From Clostridia bacterium (lineage in GTDB: Bacteria > Bacillota > Clostridia > RGIG6154): DNA of 64,000 nucleotides. Under the pieces are notes generated by a model. The model searched no databases, was not told where the DNA came from, and worked only from the letters and a program-made list of their open reading frames with translations. The translations under genes were made by a program, and so were the position numbers. The stretch is from contig JAFQRW010000022.1 of NCBI GenBank assembly GCA_017409875.1, positions 8,673-72,672 on the forward strand, in the 5' to 3' direction. Positions 38,915-50,445 of this stretch are shown here, piece after piece (positions within the stretch are counted from its first letter, which is position 1; each line of letters opens with the position of its first letter).

Positions 38915-39622
38915 TTATTTCAAAGGCTCTTTTGACGGTTTGCCCGCTTTGCGGGGATATTTTGTCGGTGTTGGACGAACTTTTTTTATTTTTATAATTG
39001 TGTGATTTATATCAGAATCAGGAAGATTTTCAATTTCAACCTTTTCAACCTGTCCGCCAAGTGTTCCTATAGCGCTTCTTGCCAAATCTAATTCCTCTTT
39101 TACGTCAGGCCCTTTCATGGAAACAAACATTCCTCCCGCCTTTACAAAAGGCAGACAATACTCACAAAGGGTTGAAAGATTTGCAACCGCACGTGAAACA
39201 CAAAAATCAAATTTTTCTCTGTAATCTTTGTTTTGCGCACCGTCTTCTGCTCTTGAATGAACGGTAACAACGTCTTTAAGTCCTAAACGGCTTATCACTT
39301 CATCCAAAAAGCCAATTCTCTTATTAAGTGAATCCAAAAGACAGATTTTTATTTCGGGTTTTAATATTTTAAGAACCAGCCCCGGAAATCCGGCACCTGT
39401 TCCAACATCAATGACAGTCCCTGTTAAATCAACATATTTAAGACAAGCTGCGCAATCAATAAAATGCTTTGTGGCTACATCCTGCTTTTCGGTGATGGCT
39501 GTCAAATTCATTTTTTCGTTCCATTCCACCAAAAGCTGGTAATAAACTTCAAATTGATTAAGCATTTCCTCTGTATAAGATATCCCAAGACCCAAAAAGC
39601 CTTTTCTTAAAAGCTCAACCAT
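38915..39622 (-). CDS. rsmG: 16S rRNA (guanine527-N7)-methyltransferase
   Basis: GidB family. Confidence 0.9.
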   Translation of the reverse strand: MVELLRKGFLGLGISYTEEMLNQFEVYYQLLVEWNEKMNLTAITEKQDVATKHFIDCAACLKYVDLTGTVIDVGTGAGFPGLVLKILKPEIKICLLDSLNKRIGFLDEVISRLGLKDVVTVHSRAEDGAQNKDYREKFDFCVSRAVANLSTLCEYCLPFVKAGGMFVSMKGPDVKEELDLARSAIGTLGGQVEKVEIENLPDSDINHTIIKIKKVRPTPTKYPRKAGKPSKEPLK

Positions 39623-39625
39623 AAA

Positions 39626-41509
39626 TTACTCCTTATTCTTTCTTGACCATTGCTCTAAATATATAACTAAAACTGCAATATCAGCAGGCGAAACACCGGT
39701 TATTCTTGATGCCTGTCCCAGTGATACAGGTCTTATAGCATTTAATTTCTGCCTTGCTTCTATTCTAAGACCCTGAATACTCATATAATCAACATCTTCA
39801 GGCAGTTTTTTATTTTCAAGCTTTTTAAAAGCCTCAACCTGCGCAAGCTGGCGTTTGATATAGCCTTCATATTTAGCAGTTATTTCCACCTGTTCTTTAA
39901 CGCTTTCAGGCAAGTTCGGTCTTTGTTTATCAACTATTTCAAGCATTTCATAGGTAACTTCCGGGCGCTTTAAAAGCTCCATAAGTTTAAAACCTGTTGT
40001 GATCTTTGTTGTGTTTATTTGCTCAAGCATATCATTGAGCTCTTTTGAGGGCGCAACAGTTACACTTTCAAGTCTTTCAATTTCATTTTTTATCATTTCC
40101 TGTTTCTTTAGCATATTTTCATATCTTTCATCAGAAACAAGACCTATTTTATGACCGATAGGCATCATTCTCTGGTCTGCATTATCCTGTCTTAATAACA
40201 GTCTGTATTCAGAGCGTGATGTCATCATTCTGTATGGCTCTTTTGTGCCTTTTGTAACCAAATCGTCTATAAGTGTACCTATATATGAGGTATTTCTTCC
40301 TAAAATGAGTGGTTCTTCACCTTTAATTTTGAGCGCCGCATTAATTCCTGCAATAAGCCCCTGACATGCCGCTTCTTCATAACCTGAACTTCCGTTAAAC
40401 TGACCTGCACCGTAAAGTCCTTCAATTTCTTTAAACTCTAACGTAGGATATAACTGAGTTGCATCAACGCAGTCGTATTCTATTGCATAAGCAGTTCTGG
40501 TAACCACTACGTTTTCCAAACCTTTTATTGTTTTAAGCATAGCAATCTGCACGTCTTCAGGAAGGCTTGATGACATTCCCTGAACGTACATTTCCTCAGT
40601 ATTAAGTCCCATTGGCTCAATAAAAATCTGATGGCGCTCTTTATCCTTAAAACGCATAACTTTATCTTCAATAGACGGACAGTATCTTGGACCCACTCCT
40701 TCAATAACTCCGCTATACAAAGGCGAGCGATGGATATTATCCATAATTACCTTGTGTGTATTTTGATTTGTATATGTAACATAGCAATCAACCACGTTTT
40801 CACCCACATCGATTGTGTCAAATGAAAAGGGCTGAATTTTGTCATCACCCTTTTGCACTTCCATAGCATCAAAATCAAGAGATGACGCCAACACCCTTGA
40901 CGGTGTGCCTGTTTTAAAACGCATTAGTTTTACACCTTGCTCTAAAAGGCATCCTGATAGCTCCCTTGCAGGGAAAAGACCGTCAGGTCCACTTTCATAG
41001 CCCACGTCACCTATTATTACTTTTCCTTTCAAAAAAGTACCTGATGCTATAATTGCCGCTTTAACATGATAAGTAGCTCCTATATGAGTTGTAACTGACT
41101 TTACTTTTTTGTCGTCAAAACCTATATTGATAATTTCAGCTTGTTTTACGTGAAGATTTTCTTGTTGTTCCAGAGTTTGCTTCATATATTCCTGATATTT
41201 TCTTCTGTCGCTTTGTACTCTGATTGAATAGACAGCAGGACCTTTACCACGGTTTAACATTTTTGATTGCAAAAAGGTTTTATCGGCAGCTTTTCCCATT
41301 TCGCCGCCGAGAGCATCAATTTCGCGCACCAAATGGCCCTTGCCGGTGCCGCCAATACTTGGATTGCATGGCATATTACCAACTGTATCAAGGTTTATTG
41401 CAAATATTATAGTTTTAAGTCCCATTCTTGCACAAGCCAGTGCCGCCTCAATTCCTGCATGCCCTGCGCCGATAACAGCAACATCGTACTGCCCTGCTAT
41501 GTATGACAT
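39626..41509 (-). CDS. mnmG: tRNA uridine 5-carboxymethylaminomethyl modification enzyme
   Basis: 627 aa, GidA. Confidence 0.95.
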   Translation of the reverse strand: MSYIAGQYDVAVIGAGHAGIEAALACARMGLKTIIFAINLDTVGNMPCNPSIGGTGKGHLVREIDALGGEMGKAADKTFLQSKMLNRGKGPAVYSIRVQSDRRKYQEYMKQTLEQQENLHVKQAEIINIGFDDKKVKSVTTHIGATYHVKAAIIASGTFLKGKVIIGDVGYESGPDGLFPARELSGCLLEQGVKLMRFKTGTPSRVLASSLDFDAMEVQKGDDKIQPFSFDTIDVGENVVDCYVTYTNQNTHKVIMDNIHRSPLYSGVIEGVGPRYCPSIEDKVMRFKDKERHQIFIEPMGLNTEEMYVQGMSSSLPEDVQIAMLKTIKGLENVVVTRTAYAIEYDCVDATQLYPTLEFKEIEGLYGAGQFNGSSGYEEAACQGLIAGINAALKIKGEEPLILGRNTSYIGTLIDDLVTKGTKEPYRMMTSRSEYRLLLRQDNADQRMMPIGHKIGLVSDERYENMLKKQEMIKNEIERLESVTVAPSKELNDMLEQINTTKITTGFKLMELLKRPEVTYEMLEIVDKQRPNLPESVKEQVEITAKYEGYIKRQLAQVEAFKKLENKKLPEDVDYMSIQGLRIEARQKLNAIRPVSLGQASRITGVSPADIAVLVIYLEQWSRKNKE

Positions 41510-41526
41510 TTTTGCTCCTCCGTAGT

Positions 41527-42864
41527 TTATTTTCCCAAACAGAAATTGTGGAAAACTTTATCAACAATTTCTTCAGACACTGTAAGTCCCACTATCTCAC
41601 CAAGCGCCTCAATTGAAAGTTCAATATCAATTCCAATCATATCCAGCATCATCCCGCCTTTTGCGGCACTAAATGCCTCATTTAAATGTTTCAAACATTT
41701 AACCAAGCATTCATAATGGCGCTCATTTGTAATTACTTCACCGTCTTTATTTTCACCTGATGAAATCATTTCCTTCATTTGCTCAATTAATTCATCAAAG
41801 CCCTCACCGCTTTTTGCAGACATTTTAATTCCGTTTATGTTATTAACACTTCCAAGGTCAGATTTATTTAAAACAATCAAGGCTTTTTTGTCTTTAATAA
41901 AATCTAAAATTTCCCTGTCTTCATTGTCAAACGGTTTTGAACCATCAAATACTGCAAGCACAAAGCTTGCCTTTTTTGCTGCCTCAACACTTTTCTTTAC
42001 ACCAATAGATTCAACCAGATCTTCAGTTTTTCTGATGCCTGCTGTATCCATAAGTTTTACTGCAAAGCCATCAATACTGATATATTCTTCAACAATATCA
42101 CGTGTTGTTCCCGCAACGTTTGTAACTATTGCTTTTTCCTCTCCCGAAAGGCAGTTTAAAAGAGAAGATTTTCCTACATTTGGTTTTCCGATTACCGCAA
42201 CAGGAATACCGTCTTTTAATATCTTTCCGTAGTCGGCACTTTTAATAAGCTTTTCGCACTCACTTATAATTTCACTTAAAAGCAAAGATATATTTTCTGT
42301 GCCCAGCTCCTCAATTTCTTCTTCAGGAAAATCAACATACGCCTGCAAATGTGCCGCTAAATTCAAAAGTTTATTTCGCATCACATTAATCTTTTCAGAA
42401 AGTCTTCCTTCAAGCTGAAAAACTGCTGCCTCGGCACCACGGTCTGAAACTGAGTTAATTAAATCTATTACTCCCTCTGCCTGTGACAAGTCCATTTTTC
42501 CGTTTAAAAATGCACGCTTTGTAAATTCTCCGCGTTGTGCCAGAACAGCACCGTGATCTATGGCGCTCTTAAGAACTTTTTTTGCAATTAAAATTCCGCC
42601 ATGACACGAAATTTCAACTGTGTCCTCACCTGTAAAAGAATGAGGCGCCTTAAATACTGTTACTACTGCATTATCAATAATTTTTTTATCTTTATCATAA
42701 ACTTTTCCGTAATGAACAGTGTTTGCATCTACTTCAAAAAGGCGTTTTGCCTTCTGACAAACAAAAAATTTGTCAGCAACACAAAACGCCTCATGTCCGC
42801 TTATTCTGATAACAGCAATACCACCGCTTCCAAACGGCGTAGAAATTGCAGCTATTGTACTCAA
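41527..42864 (-). CDS. mnmE: tRNA modification GTPase
   Basis: 445 aa, TrmE; C-terminal CxGK. Confidence 0.95.
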   Translation of the reverse strand: MSTIAAISTPFGSGGIAVIRISGHEAFCVADKFFVCQKAKRLFEVDANTVHYGKVYDKDKKIIDNAVVTVFKAPHSFTGEDTVEISCHGGILIAKKVLKSAIDHGAVLAQRGEFTKRAFLNGKMDLSQAEGVIDLINSVSDRGAEAAVFQLEGRLSEKINVMRNKLLNLAAHLQAYVDFPEEEIEELGTENISLLLSEIISECEKLIKSADYGKILKDGIPVAVIGKPNVGKSSLLNCLSGEEKAIVTNVAGTTRDIVEEYISIDGFAVKLMDTAGIRKTEDLVESIGVKKSVEAAKKASFVLAVFDGSKPFDNEDREILDFIKDKKALIVLNKSDLGSVNNINGIKMSAKSGEGFDELIEQMKEMISSGENKDGEVITNERHYECLVKCLKHLNEAFSAAKGGMMLDMIGIDIELSIEALGEIVGLTVSEEIVDKVFHNFCLGK

Positions 42865-42876
42865 AGCAAAAACTCC

Positions 42877-43524
42877 TTACTTATTCTTCTTTTCAAGACT
42901 AACTACAACTTTACGCTGTGGTTCTTCACCAACACTTACTGTAACAACATCATGATTGTTTTGCAAGCTTGAATGAATAACACGTCTTTCAAATGAATTC
43001 ATTGGTTCTAATGTAACACTTCTGCCATTTCTAACTACTTTATCTGCAACTTTATTTGCAAGCTTTTCAAGTGCAACAGTTCTCTTCTGACGATAGTTTT
43101 CAGTATCAAGTGATACTCTTACATAATCATTACTTTCGTTGTTAACTACGATGCTTGTGAGATACTGAAGGGCATCTAATGTTTCGCCACGTTTTCCAAT
43201 TACAACACCCATATTTTCACCTGAAACTTCAACTTCAAGCATTTCTTCTTTAAGCTGTGCTTTCGCTGTTCCACGAACACTCATAAGAGGAAGGATTTTG
43301 TTTAAAAACCCTTCTGCCGCCTCTACAGCACCTTTGCCTTCTTTCCAGGCTGCAATTTTGCACTGTTTTGCGCCAATTCCAAATATACCGCTTGTGGCAT
43401 TTTCAATAATTTCATACTGCAAATCATCAACTGATATATCAAGAGCTGAAGCCGCATTCATCTTAGCTTCTTCAAGTGTTTTTCCCTGAATTTCAATTCT
43501 TTCACTCATTGCTTCCTTTTTCAT
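42877..43524 (-). CDS. jag: Jag/KhpB RNA-binding protein (KH-R3H)
   Basis: 215 aa. Confidence 0.85.
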   Translation of the reverse strand: MKKEAMSERIEIQGKTLEEAKMNAASALDISVDDLQYEIIENATSGIFGIGAKQCKIAAWKEGKGAVEAAEGFLNKILPLMSVRGTAKAQLKEEMLEVEVSGENMGVVIGKRGETLDALQYLTSIVVNNESNDYVRVSLDTENYRQKRTVALEKLANKVADKVVRNGRSVTLEPMNSFERRVIHSSLQNNHDVVTVSVGEEPQRKVVVSLEKKNK

Positions 43525-44329
43525 CCTTTCTTTTGTAGTACCAAGTAAGTATAGCCTGCTGAATTACCTGGACAACGTTACTTGCTATCCAGTAAACTCC
43601 AACACCTGCAGGCATAATAAAGCAGAAATATCCTGACATTAATGGCATAACTATATTCATGGTTTTCATTTGCTCATTAGCCGCAGTTGTATTGCCTGAC
43701 AACTGTCTTGTAATAATTGAAGAAATATATGATGTAACTGCCGACAATATTGGAATAATCCAAAGCCATGAAATAAACTTAAGGTCAGGTGCCGCAGACA
43801 AATCAAGTCCGAAAAAGTCAAAATTGATTGCTTCTACTGCGTAACCTAATTTTTCCTGAATCAACGCAGACTTTTCACTTATTGCGTTTGCAATAACAAT
43901 CTGAGAAGTTCTGGGATATTCAAAATTTAAAACCTTGGCAATTTGTTCAATAACATTTACATCTAAATGTAAAATGTACTGAAGCGGTTTTGTAATAACC
44001 TGATAAAGGCCAATGATAATCGGAAACTGTATTAAAAGAGGCAAACATCCGCCTGCAGGATTTACTTTATTATCCTGGTAAATCTTCATTGTTTCCTGCT
44101 GAAGTTTATTTTTATCATTTGCGTATTTTTTCTGAATTTTTTCAAGCTGAGGCTGCAATTTCTGCATCTGTTGCATTGACTTTTGTTGCTTTGCCAAAAG
44201 AGGCATTAAAATAAGCTTTACAACAACTGTAAATATTAAAATTGCTACGCCGTAATTTTGCACCAAAGAATATATTGTGCTTAAAATATATCCAAGCGGT
44301 GTTGTTATCAAAAGTGAAAAAACGTTCAA
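43502..44329 (-). CDS. yidC: Membrane protein insertase YidC
   Basis: 275 aa, Oxa1 family. Confidence 0.9.
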   Translation of the reverse strand: MNVFSLLITTPLGYILSTIYSLVQNYGVAILIFTVVVKLILMPLLAKQQKSMQQMQKLQPQLEKIQKKYANDKNKLQQETMKIYQDNKVNPAGGCLPLLIQFPIIIGLYQVITKPLQYILHLDVNVIEQIAKVLNFEYPRTSQIVIANAISEKSALIQEKLGYAVEAINFDFFGLDLSAAPDLKFISWLWIIPILSAVTSYISSIITRQLSGNTTAANEQMKTMNIVMPLMSGYFCFIMPAGVGVYWIASNVVQVIQQAILTWYYKRKDEKGSNE

Positions 44330-44341
44330 CTTTTATCCTCC

Positions 44342-44551
44342 TTAAGGAAGAGGGTCATACCCTCCTTCGTGAAATGGATGGCATTTTAAAATGCGTTTTA
44401 CCACAAGATAAGTTGCCTTAAAAAAGCCATATTTCACATAAGCTGAAAGTGCATATTCCGAACAGGTTGGACGAAATCTGCAGCAAGATGGCTTATGTGG
44501 TGATATAAATTTTCTATATAATTTTATTAAAAAAACACATATTCTTTTCAT
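44342..44551 (-). CDS. yidD: Membrane protein insertion efficiency factor YidD
   Basis: Start MKRICVFL; ATGA overlap with the rnpA stop. Confidence 0.7.
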   Translation of the reverse strand: MKRICVFLIKLYRKFISPHKPSCCRFRPTCSEYALSAYVKYGFFKATYLVVKRILKCHPFHEGGYDPLP

Positions 44552-44868
44552 TGCAAAATCAACTCCGATTTGCAAAGTAAGTCAAAAAGGGCATCTTTAA
44601 TAGCATAAAAATCACTTTTTGCTGCAGCAGTCCTTGCAACAATTATAACATCATAACCTTCTTTAACGCAAAAAGTGCGCCAGCTTTCACGCACCAAACG
44701 ACGTATTCTGTTTCTTGTAACTGCGTTGCCGATTTTTTTGCTCACAGTAATGCCAATTTTAGTATCCCCATTATTTGGAATATAATAAAGTACCAAATTA
44801 TGAGCAATCTCTTTTTTCCCTTTGTAATATGCTTTTTTAAAAATCTTGTTTTCTTTGATTGTTATCAT
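44548..44868 (-). CDS. rnpA: RNase P protein component
   Basis: 106 aa. Confidence 0.85.
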   Translation of the reverse strand: MITIKENKIFKKAYYKGKKEIAHNLVLYYIPNNGDTKIGITVSKKIGNAVTRNRIRRLVRESWRTFCVKEGYDVIIVARTAAAKSDFYAIKDALFDLLCKSELILQ

Positions 44869-44976
44869 TATTAACCTCGTATATTTTTCAGGCCCGCAAC
44901 GGGAAAAATCCCGTGCGGTGCTTTAAAATCAGGTCAAATGAACTTCATTACAAAAAGAACGTGTAAAAACACGTCC

Positions 44977-45111
44977 TTATGCTGATAATTTGTTTCTACC
45001 TTTAGCTCTGCGTCTTGAAAGAACCTTTCTTCCATTTCTGGTACTCATTCTTTTTCTAAAGCCGTGTTCCTTAGCTCTATGTCTCTTTTTAGGCTGATAT
45101 GTTCTAAGCAT
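44977..45111 (-). CDS. rpmH: 50S ribosomal protein L34
   Basis: 44 aa, [44 protein letters not shown]; absent from the ORF track because it is shorter than 60 aa. Confidence 0.85.
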   Translation of the reverse strand: MLRTYQPKKRHRAKEHGFRKRMSTRNGRKVLSRRRAKGRNKLSA

Positions 45112-45213
45112 AAATACACCTCCCGCTTAAATGCAATATATAGATGATAACATAATTTATATAAAAAGTCAACACTTTTTAAAACATTTTAATTTTGTGC
45201 CTGCTTTAAAAAA

Positions 45214-46383
45214 CTATTTCAAAAGCTGTGCTCTATCGGTCTTTTCCCAAGCAACATCAAGGTCAATTCTTCCCATATGACCATAAGCTGCAAGTTTTTT
45301 ATAAATAGGCTTTCTTAAATCAAGCTGCTTAATAATTGCCGCAGGGCGCATATCAAACACTTTTTTCACTCTCTGAACAATTTCTTCCTCAGAAATTTTG
45401 CCTGTTCCAAAGGTATCTACCATTACAGACACAGGATTTGCAACGCCTATTGCATACGCAAGCTGAACCTCACATTTATCAGCAAGTCCTGCAGCTACAA
45501 TGTTTTTTGCAATATATCTTGCATAATATGCACCGCTTCTGTCAACCTTTGTTGGGTCTTTTCCTGAAAAAGCACCGCCACCGTGACGTGAATATCCGCC
45601 GTATGTATCAACAATGATTTTTCTTCCTGTAAGACCTGTGTCGCCCTGAGGGCCTCCAATAACAAATCTTCCTGTCGGATTTATGAAGAACTTTGTATTT
45701 TCATCTAAAAGATTTTCAGGAATTGTAGTTTCAACAACCTCTTTTTTGATATCTGTATAGATTGTTTCGAGTGAAACATCAGGGTCATGCTGTGTTGATA
45801 CAACAACAGTATCAACTCTTACAGGCTTGTCTCCTTCATATTCAACAGTAACCTGTGTTTTACCGTCCGGGCGAAGATATTTCAGCACTCCGTCTTTTCT
45901 TACTTTGGTAAGTTTTTTAGCCATTTCGTGAGAAAGAACAATAGGAAGCGGCATAAGCTCTTTTGTTTCATTGCAAGCATATCCGAACATCATTCCCTGA
46001 TCACCTGCACCCACTTCTGCCTCAGCCTGACTGTCACCGTCTTTTGCTTCTTTTGCTTTATCTACACCAAGTGCGATATCAGCAGACTGCTTGTCCACAG
46101 CAACCATAACTCCGCAAGAAGAAGCATCAAATCCCATATCAGATGATGTGTATCCGATTTCTTTTACAGCTTCTCTTGCTACTTTTGCGTAATCAACAAC
46201 AGCGTTTGTTGATATTTCACCCATTATAACTATCATACCAGTTGTTGTAAATGTTTCACAAGCAACTCTTGCAGTTGGGTCTTTTTCATAAATTGCATCC
46301 AAAACAGAATCAGAAATAATGTCACAAACCTTATCAGGATGTCCTTCTGTTACAGATTCTGAAGTAAAAAGTCTTTTTTCCAT
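45214..46383 (-). CDS. metK: S-adenosylmethionine synthetase
   Basis: GHPDK; GGGAFSGKD. Confidence 0.9.
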   Translation of the reverse strand: MEKRLFTSESVTEGHPDKVCDIISDSVLDAIYEKDPTARVACETFTTTGMIVIMGEISTNAVVDYAKVAREAVKEIGYTSSDMGFDASSCGVMVAVDKQSADIALGVDKAKEAKDGDSQAEAEVGAGDQGMMFGYACNETKELMPLPIVLSHEMAKKLTKVRKDGVLKYLRPDGKTQVTVEYEGDKPVRVDTVVVSTQHDPDVSLETIYTDIKKEVVETTIPENLLDENTKFFINPTGRFVIGGPQGDTGLTGRKIIVDTYGGYSRHGGGAFSGKDPTKVDRSGAYYARYIAKNIVAAGLADKCEVQLAYAIGVANPVSVMVDTFGTGKISEEEIVQRVKKVFDMRPAAIIKQLDLRKPIYKKLAAYGHMGRIDLDVAWEKTDRAQLLK

Positions 46384-46411
46384 ATTATAAACTCCTCTCA
46401 AACAGGAAACT

Positions 46412-46876
46412 TTAAATCAAATGATAACTTAAAAAAGTAACAACAATGCCCGCTACTGCAACTCCAAGAGTTATCCATGGGATTGAATATTTCATTCTCA
46501 TTCCAAGGATTGCAGCAATCATTGCACCTGTCCACGCACCAGTTCCTGGGGCGGGAATTGCCACAAACACAAAAAGCGCAATGCCTGAGTATTTAAGCAC
46601 TGTTTCAGCTTTTTTCATTGTTCTTCTTTCCATCCAGTCAATAAACTTAACAAAAAGCTTACTTCGTCTTATGAAACCAAAAACAGGCTTCATATAGGCA
46701 ATTATAAACGGCACAGGAAAAATGTTTCCTGCCACACACAATACGTATGCAAGTTGCCATGGAATATCATAGGCTATAGCAACAGGAATTGCACCTCTTA
46801 ATTCTATAACAGGTACCATTGAAATGCCAAATACAACTAACAACTCCTGCCAAAATTCCATTAAATAGTTTATCAT
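46412..46876 (-). CDS. Small multidrug-export-family membrane protein
   Basis: 154 aa, 4 TM. Confidence 0.5.
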   Translation of the reverse strand: MINYLMEFWQELLVVFGISMVPVIELRGAIPVAIAYDIPWQLAYVLCVAGNIFPVPFIIAYMKPVFGFIRRSKLFVKFIDWMERRTMKKAETVLKYSGIALFVFVAIPAPGTGAWTGAMIAAILGMRMKYSIPWITLGVAVAGIVVTFLSYHLI

Positions 46877-47005
46877 ATTAAATCTCCAAATTTAAACCTT
46901 TGTCCAAAAAAGTATTATACTATAAAACTAAAAATTTTGCAACATTTTTTATTAAAATTACAATTTACTTATTTAACATACAGTTTATAGGCAATTCAGA
47001 TTACA

Positions 47006-47410
47006 CTATTTTTCAGTTCTTGTATTTTCCTGATTTTTGTATATAACAAGTTTGCAAAACAAAAATTCCAAAACAAAATTTGAAATCATGGTTACAAATA
47101 GAATTATGTAGTCATTTATCCTGGCGGCTTCTGCCAGATGTCCAAGATAAGTTGAAAGCGGTGTAAATACTGCGTAAAATCCAAACAGTTTTAGCATTGC
47201 AATCGGAACATTTGCCGCAGACTTGAATGTGAAACGTCTGTTAAATGTAAAGTTCCAGATTATGGACAAAACAAGCGATGTAAGATACGCTGGCCAATAC
47301 ATCCAACGGAAAAGTTCATTGAATATAGCAAATGTGACAACTTGTATTATTCCTGCAGACACAGAAAACAACGTAAATTTTATCATTTGAAAGATTGATT
47401 CTTTTCTCAT
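47006..47410 (-). CDS. GtrA-family membrane protein
   Basis: 134 aa, 4 TM. Confidence 0.6.
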   Translation of the reverse strand: MRKESIFQMIKFTLFSVSAGIIQVVTFAIFNELFRWMYWPAYLTSLVLSIIWNFTFNRRFTFKSAANVPIAMLKLFGFYAVFTPLSTYLGHLAEAARINDYIILFVTMISNFVLEFLFCKLVIYKNQENTRTEK

Positions 47411-47430
47411 TTTTATCTCCTTTGTAATGG

Positions 47431-47531
47431 GGCAGTATATGTAAATATCAAAATCGGCAAACTAATCTTTTAAATTGTATAGACTTGACACGAGTAAAAA
47501 TGCAATAGAAACATTCAATGTGTTTGATTTA
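47431..47531. repeat. Copy 1 of an approximately 100-bp intergenic repeat containing a promoter-like TTGCCG-15-TATACT on the minus strand
   Basis: About 85% identical to 49731-49830. Confidence 0.5.
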
Positions 47532-48485
47532 TCAAGAATCTGCTATTTTAAATGAATCCTTGGCTATATTCATAAATTCATGCATTGCATTTGAACAATA
47601 CTTATTTGTTTTATGTGTAATATATAAAGTTCTTTCATCAAATTCTTCTGCAATTCTATACAACACAACATTTTCATGATGATGTGCATATTTGAAAAAT
47701 GTATCAGTTATAAAACACAACCCTACACCGGAATCTGCAAGTGCATATGATATATTAAGCTGATCTACTTTAAAAATAACCTTTGGCTCTATACATCTTT
47801 TTTTGAAAATTTCAAAAGCACGCATATACATATCATTCCCATCTTTTAGGAGAATGTAATTTTCATTTTTGAAAACATCAATTGAAACAGGTTCAACACT
47901 ATCCAAAACAAAGTCAGCACTGCGTATATTTTCTGGTTTGATATGGTGTTTTTCAAGACCTTCATTTATTTTATAATTTTTTGGAACGCAAATAAGAATT
48001 TTTTCTTTACAAAGCGGATGTTTAGTTAATTCACTATTTTCATCAACATTGTCAACAACTATATCTATCTCACCACTTAACAACATATTTCTCAAATTAT
48101 GTGAATTAGCTTCCTCAATCTTAATCAATATGTTAGGATGCAAAGCACTAAAATTTATTATAATTTTAGGCAGTATATACGAGGATACATAGTTAGACCC
48201 ACCAACGATAAGTTCCCCTCTCTCAAGATTGTAAATATCGTCAAGTTTTTCTTTAAATTCATTTTCAATAGCTAAAATTTGTTCTGCTGCAGTAACATAT
48301 TCTCTTCCCACTTCAGTCAGTTCAATGCCATGTCCGCTTCTTTCAAACAACTGAGCCCCAACTTTGTTTTCAATATTCTTAATGGCTGCACTAAGAGAAG
48401 GTTGCGATATAAAAAGTTTTTTTGATGCGTTTGTAAAGCTCTGTTCCTTGTACAATTCATATACATATTGCCATTTGTTGAACAT
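47532..48485 (-). CDS. LysR-family transcriptional regulator
   Basis: N-terminal HTH with a LysR substrate-binding domain. Confidence 0.8.
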   Translation of the reverse strand: MFNKWQYVYELYKEQSFTNASKKLFISQPSLSAAIKNIENKVGAQLFERSGHGIELTEVGREYVTAAEQILAIENEFKEKLDDIYNLERGELIVGGSNYVSSYILPKIIINFSALHPNILIKIEEANSHNLRNMLLSGEIDIVVDNVDENSELTKHPLCKEKILICVPKNYKINEGLEKHHIKPENIRSADFVLDSVEPVSIDVFKNENYILLKDGNDMYMRAFEIFKKRCIEPKVIFKVDQLNISYALADSGVGLCFITDTFFKYAHHHENVVLYRIAEEFDERTLYITHKTNKYCSNAMHEFMNIAKDSFKIADS

Positions 48486-48595
48486 ATCACACCTCGTTAT
48501 AGTTAATTTCTATAATTTTTATTGTTTTAAAGTATTTGACTATATTATATCATTCTTGTATCATATAATCAAGAAATTTTATCCGAGGTGTTTTT

Positions 48596-49465
48596 ATGTA
48601 CAATAAATATATCAGGAAATTTATTGATTTAGTTAAAATATCTTTACTTGCCTTTATATCAGCGGCAAATTACTGCATTTTTGTATTCCCTAACAGGTTT
48701 GCTCCTGCTGGAATAGATGGCATTTGCACAATGATTCAAGATGTTTTAAACATAAATATGGGATACTTTTCATTGTTCGTGAATATTCCTCTTATAATTT
48801 CAGCTTTTATCATACTTGACCGCGATTACGCAATAAAAAGTTCAGTATATGTTATTATATTTTCGATATCTGTCATTCTCATTAAGGAAAACAACTTTTC
48901 CACAATATATTACTTTACGCAAACAGGAACCAGTACGATTCTCGCTCCAATAGCATCAGGCGTTATCAGAGGAATACTATATACGCTTACACTAAAATCA
49001 AATGGCTCCGCCGGTGGAGTTGATATAATTTCTTCTATAATCAAAATTAAAAAGCCACATTTGAATTTTATGGATAATATTTTTATAATAAACACATTGA
49101 TTGCTCTTTCATCATTTTGGGTTTATGAGATGAATATAGAGCCTGTTATATGTAGTATAATTTATGCATATATAAGTAGTTATACATGCAACCATCTTCG
49201 AAATAAAGAGCAAGAAATTATAAAATATGAAATCATTACAAAAACACCATCAGAAATTACCTCATATATAAACTATGAGTTACATCAAAGAGCAACAGTT
49301 ATTAACGCCAAAGGGGCTTTTTCAGGCGAAGATACAAATATAGTCTTGTGTATAATCAGAAAAAAAGATGCCCCATTTTTAGAAAAACTTCTTCTGAATT
49401 TTCCCAATTGTATAACATTTAAAAGTTATGCATCAAACTCAATATCAGGCATTACATATAAATAA
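48596..49465 (+). CDS. YitT-family membrane protein (DUF161/DUF2179)
   Basis: 289 aa. Confidence 0.7.
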   Translation: MYNKYIRKFIDLVKISLLAFISAANYCIFVFPNRFAPAGIDGICTMIQDVLNINMGYFSLFVNIPLIISAFIILDRDYAIKSSVYVIIFSISVILIKENNFSTIYYFTQTGTSTILAPIASGVIRGILYTLTLKSNGSAGGVDIISSIIKIKKPHLNFMDNIFIINTLIALSSFWVYEMNIEPVICSIIYAYISSYTCNHLRNKEQEIIKYEIITKTPSEITSYINYELHQRATVINAKGAFSGEDTNIVLCIIRKKDAPFLEKLLLNFPNCITFKSYASNSISGITYK

Positions 49466-49730
49466 TTTTTGAGCAAACAGAAAAATTTCCCTTGTGCTTC
49501 TCCTGGGGAAGTTTTTGTTTTTATCAATTTTCAACAATATTCGACTTTTGTCAAGTTAGGAGAACAGTGAATAATAAGAACCATCACCCAACACGAAATC
49601 AAAGATTTCTGTCGGGTACCCGAGAACCTTGATACTCGCAAGCTCGTATTAGGACCTACTAACTTTTCCCTATTTTTTCAACTATTTTTCCTTTAGCACT
49701 TTTCCTTAGAACCCGCGAGAATACTGGATT

Positions 49731-49830
49731 TTCTCGCTCCCGATAGTATATGTAAATATTATAAATCGGCAAACAAATCTTTAAATTGATACATTCTCAA
49801 ACACCGCAGAAACATTTCCTGTGTTGAACC
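49731..49830. repeat. Copy 2 of the approximately 100-bp repeat, inside a 400-bp ORF-free region between convergent genes
   Basis: AGTATATGTAAATAT..AATCGGCAAAC.AATCTTTAAATTG...AGAAACATT. Confidence 0.5.
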
Positions 49831-49863
49831 ATCAGGTGCTTCATCTGATTCGCTCATACCCAT

Positions 49864-50421
49864 TTATCGGACAATTTCTTTAAGTTTTGGAACTATTGTA
49901 CCCTCATTCACATCTGTTATTACATCATACAACTTATGTATTTCTTCCGTTACTGCACCTTGTCTTACCAAATCATTAATCAATGCAATTAACGTATCAT
50001 AAAATCCATCAAGGTTTATCACTACAATCGGCACATCAATTCTTCTTAAGTATTTCAAGGTAAGAACCTGAAAGAATTCATCCATAGTTCCTATTCCACC
50101 GGGAGCGATAAAGAACACATCTGCATGTTTTTCCATAAGTATTTTTCTCTCAGCCATCGTGTCAACCATGATATTATTGTCGCAATCGAATATATCTTCA
50201 AACTCGCTGATAAAGTCAGGCGATATTCCCATTACAAATCCGCCGTTTTCTTTAACACCTCTTGCAACTGCTCCCATGCAGCCTGTTGCTCCTGCGCCGT
50301 AAACAAGCGAGAATCCGTTTGATGCGATTATTTTTCCTAATTCTTCTATCTTTTCTTTATGCTGGCTTGCAATTCTTTCATTCGCTCCGCCATATACACA
50401 TGCAAAATATCTTTTTGACAT
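49864..50421 (-). CDS. LOG-family protein (TIGR00730)
   Basis: PGGIGTMDEF motif. Confidence 0.8.
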   Translation of the reverse strand: MSKRYFACVYGGANERIASQHKEKIEELGKIIASNGFSLVYGAGATGCMGAVARGVKENGGFVMGISPDFISEFEDIFDCDNNIMVDTMAERKILMEKHADVFFIAPGGIGTMDEFFQVLTLKYLRRIDVPIVVINLDGFYDTLIALINDLVRQGAVTEEIHKLYDVITDVNEGTIVPKLKEIVR

Positions 50422-50445
50422 ATCTTTAACCTCCTTGCCTATGTC

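Noticed and set aside
45112-45213. dnaA or oriC expected next to rpmH
   Set aside because: The next gene is metK on the same strand, and no DnaA-box cluster was seen.
46877-47005. SAM riboswitch upstream of the metK operon
   Set aside because: No S-box-like conserved helices or motifs are recognisable in the AT-rich spacer.
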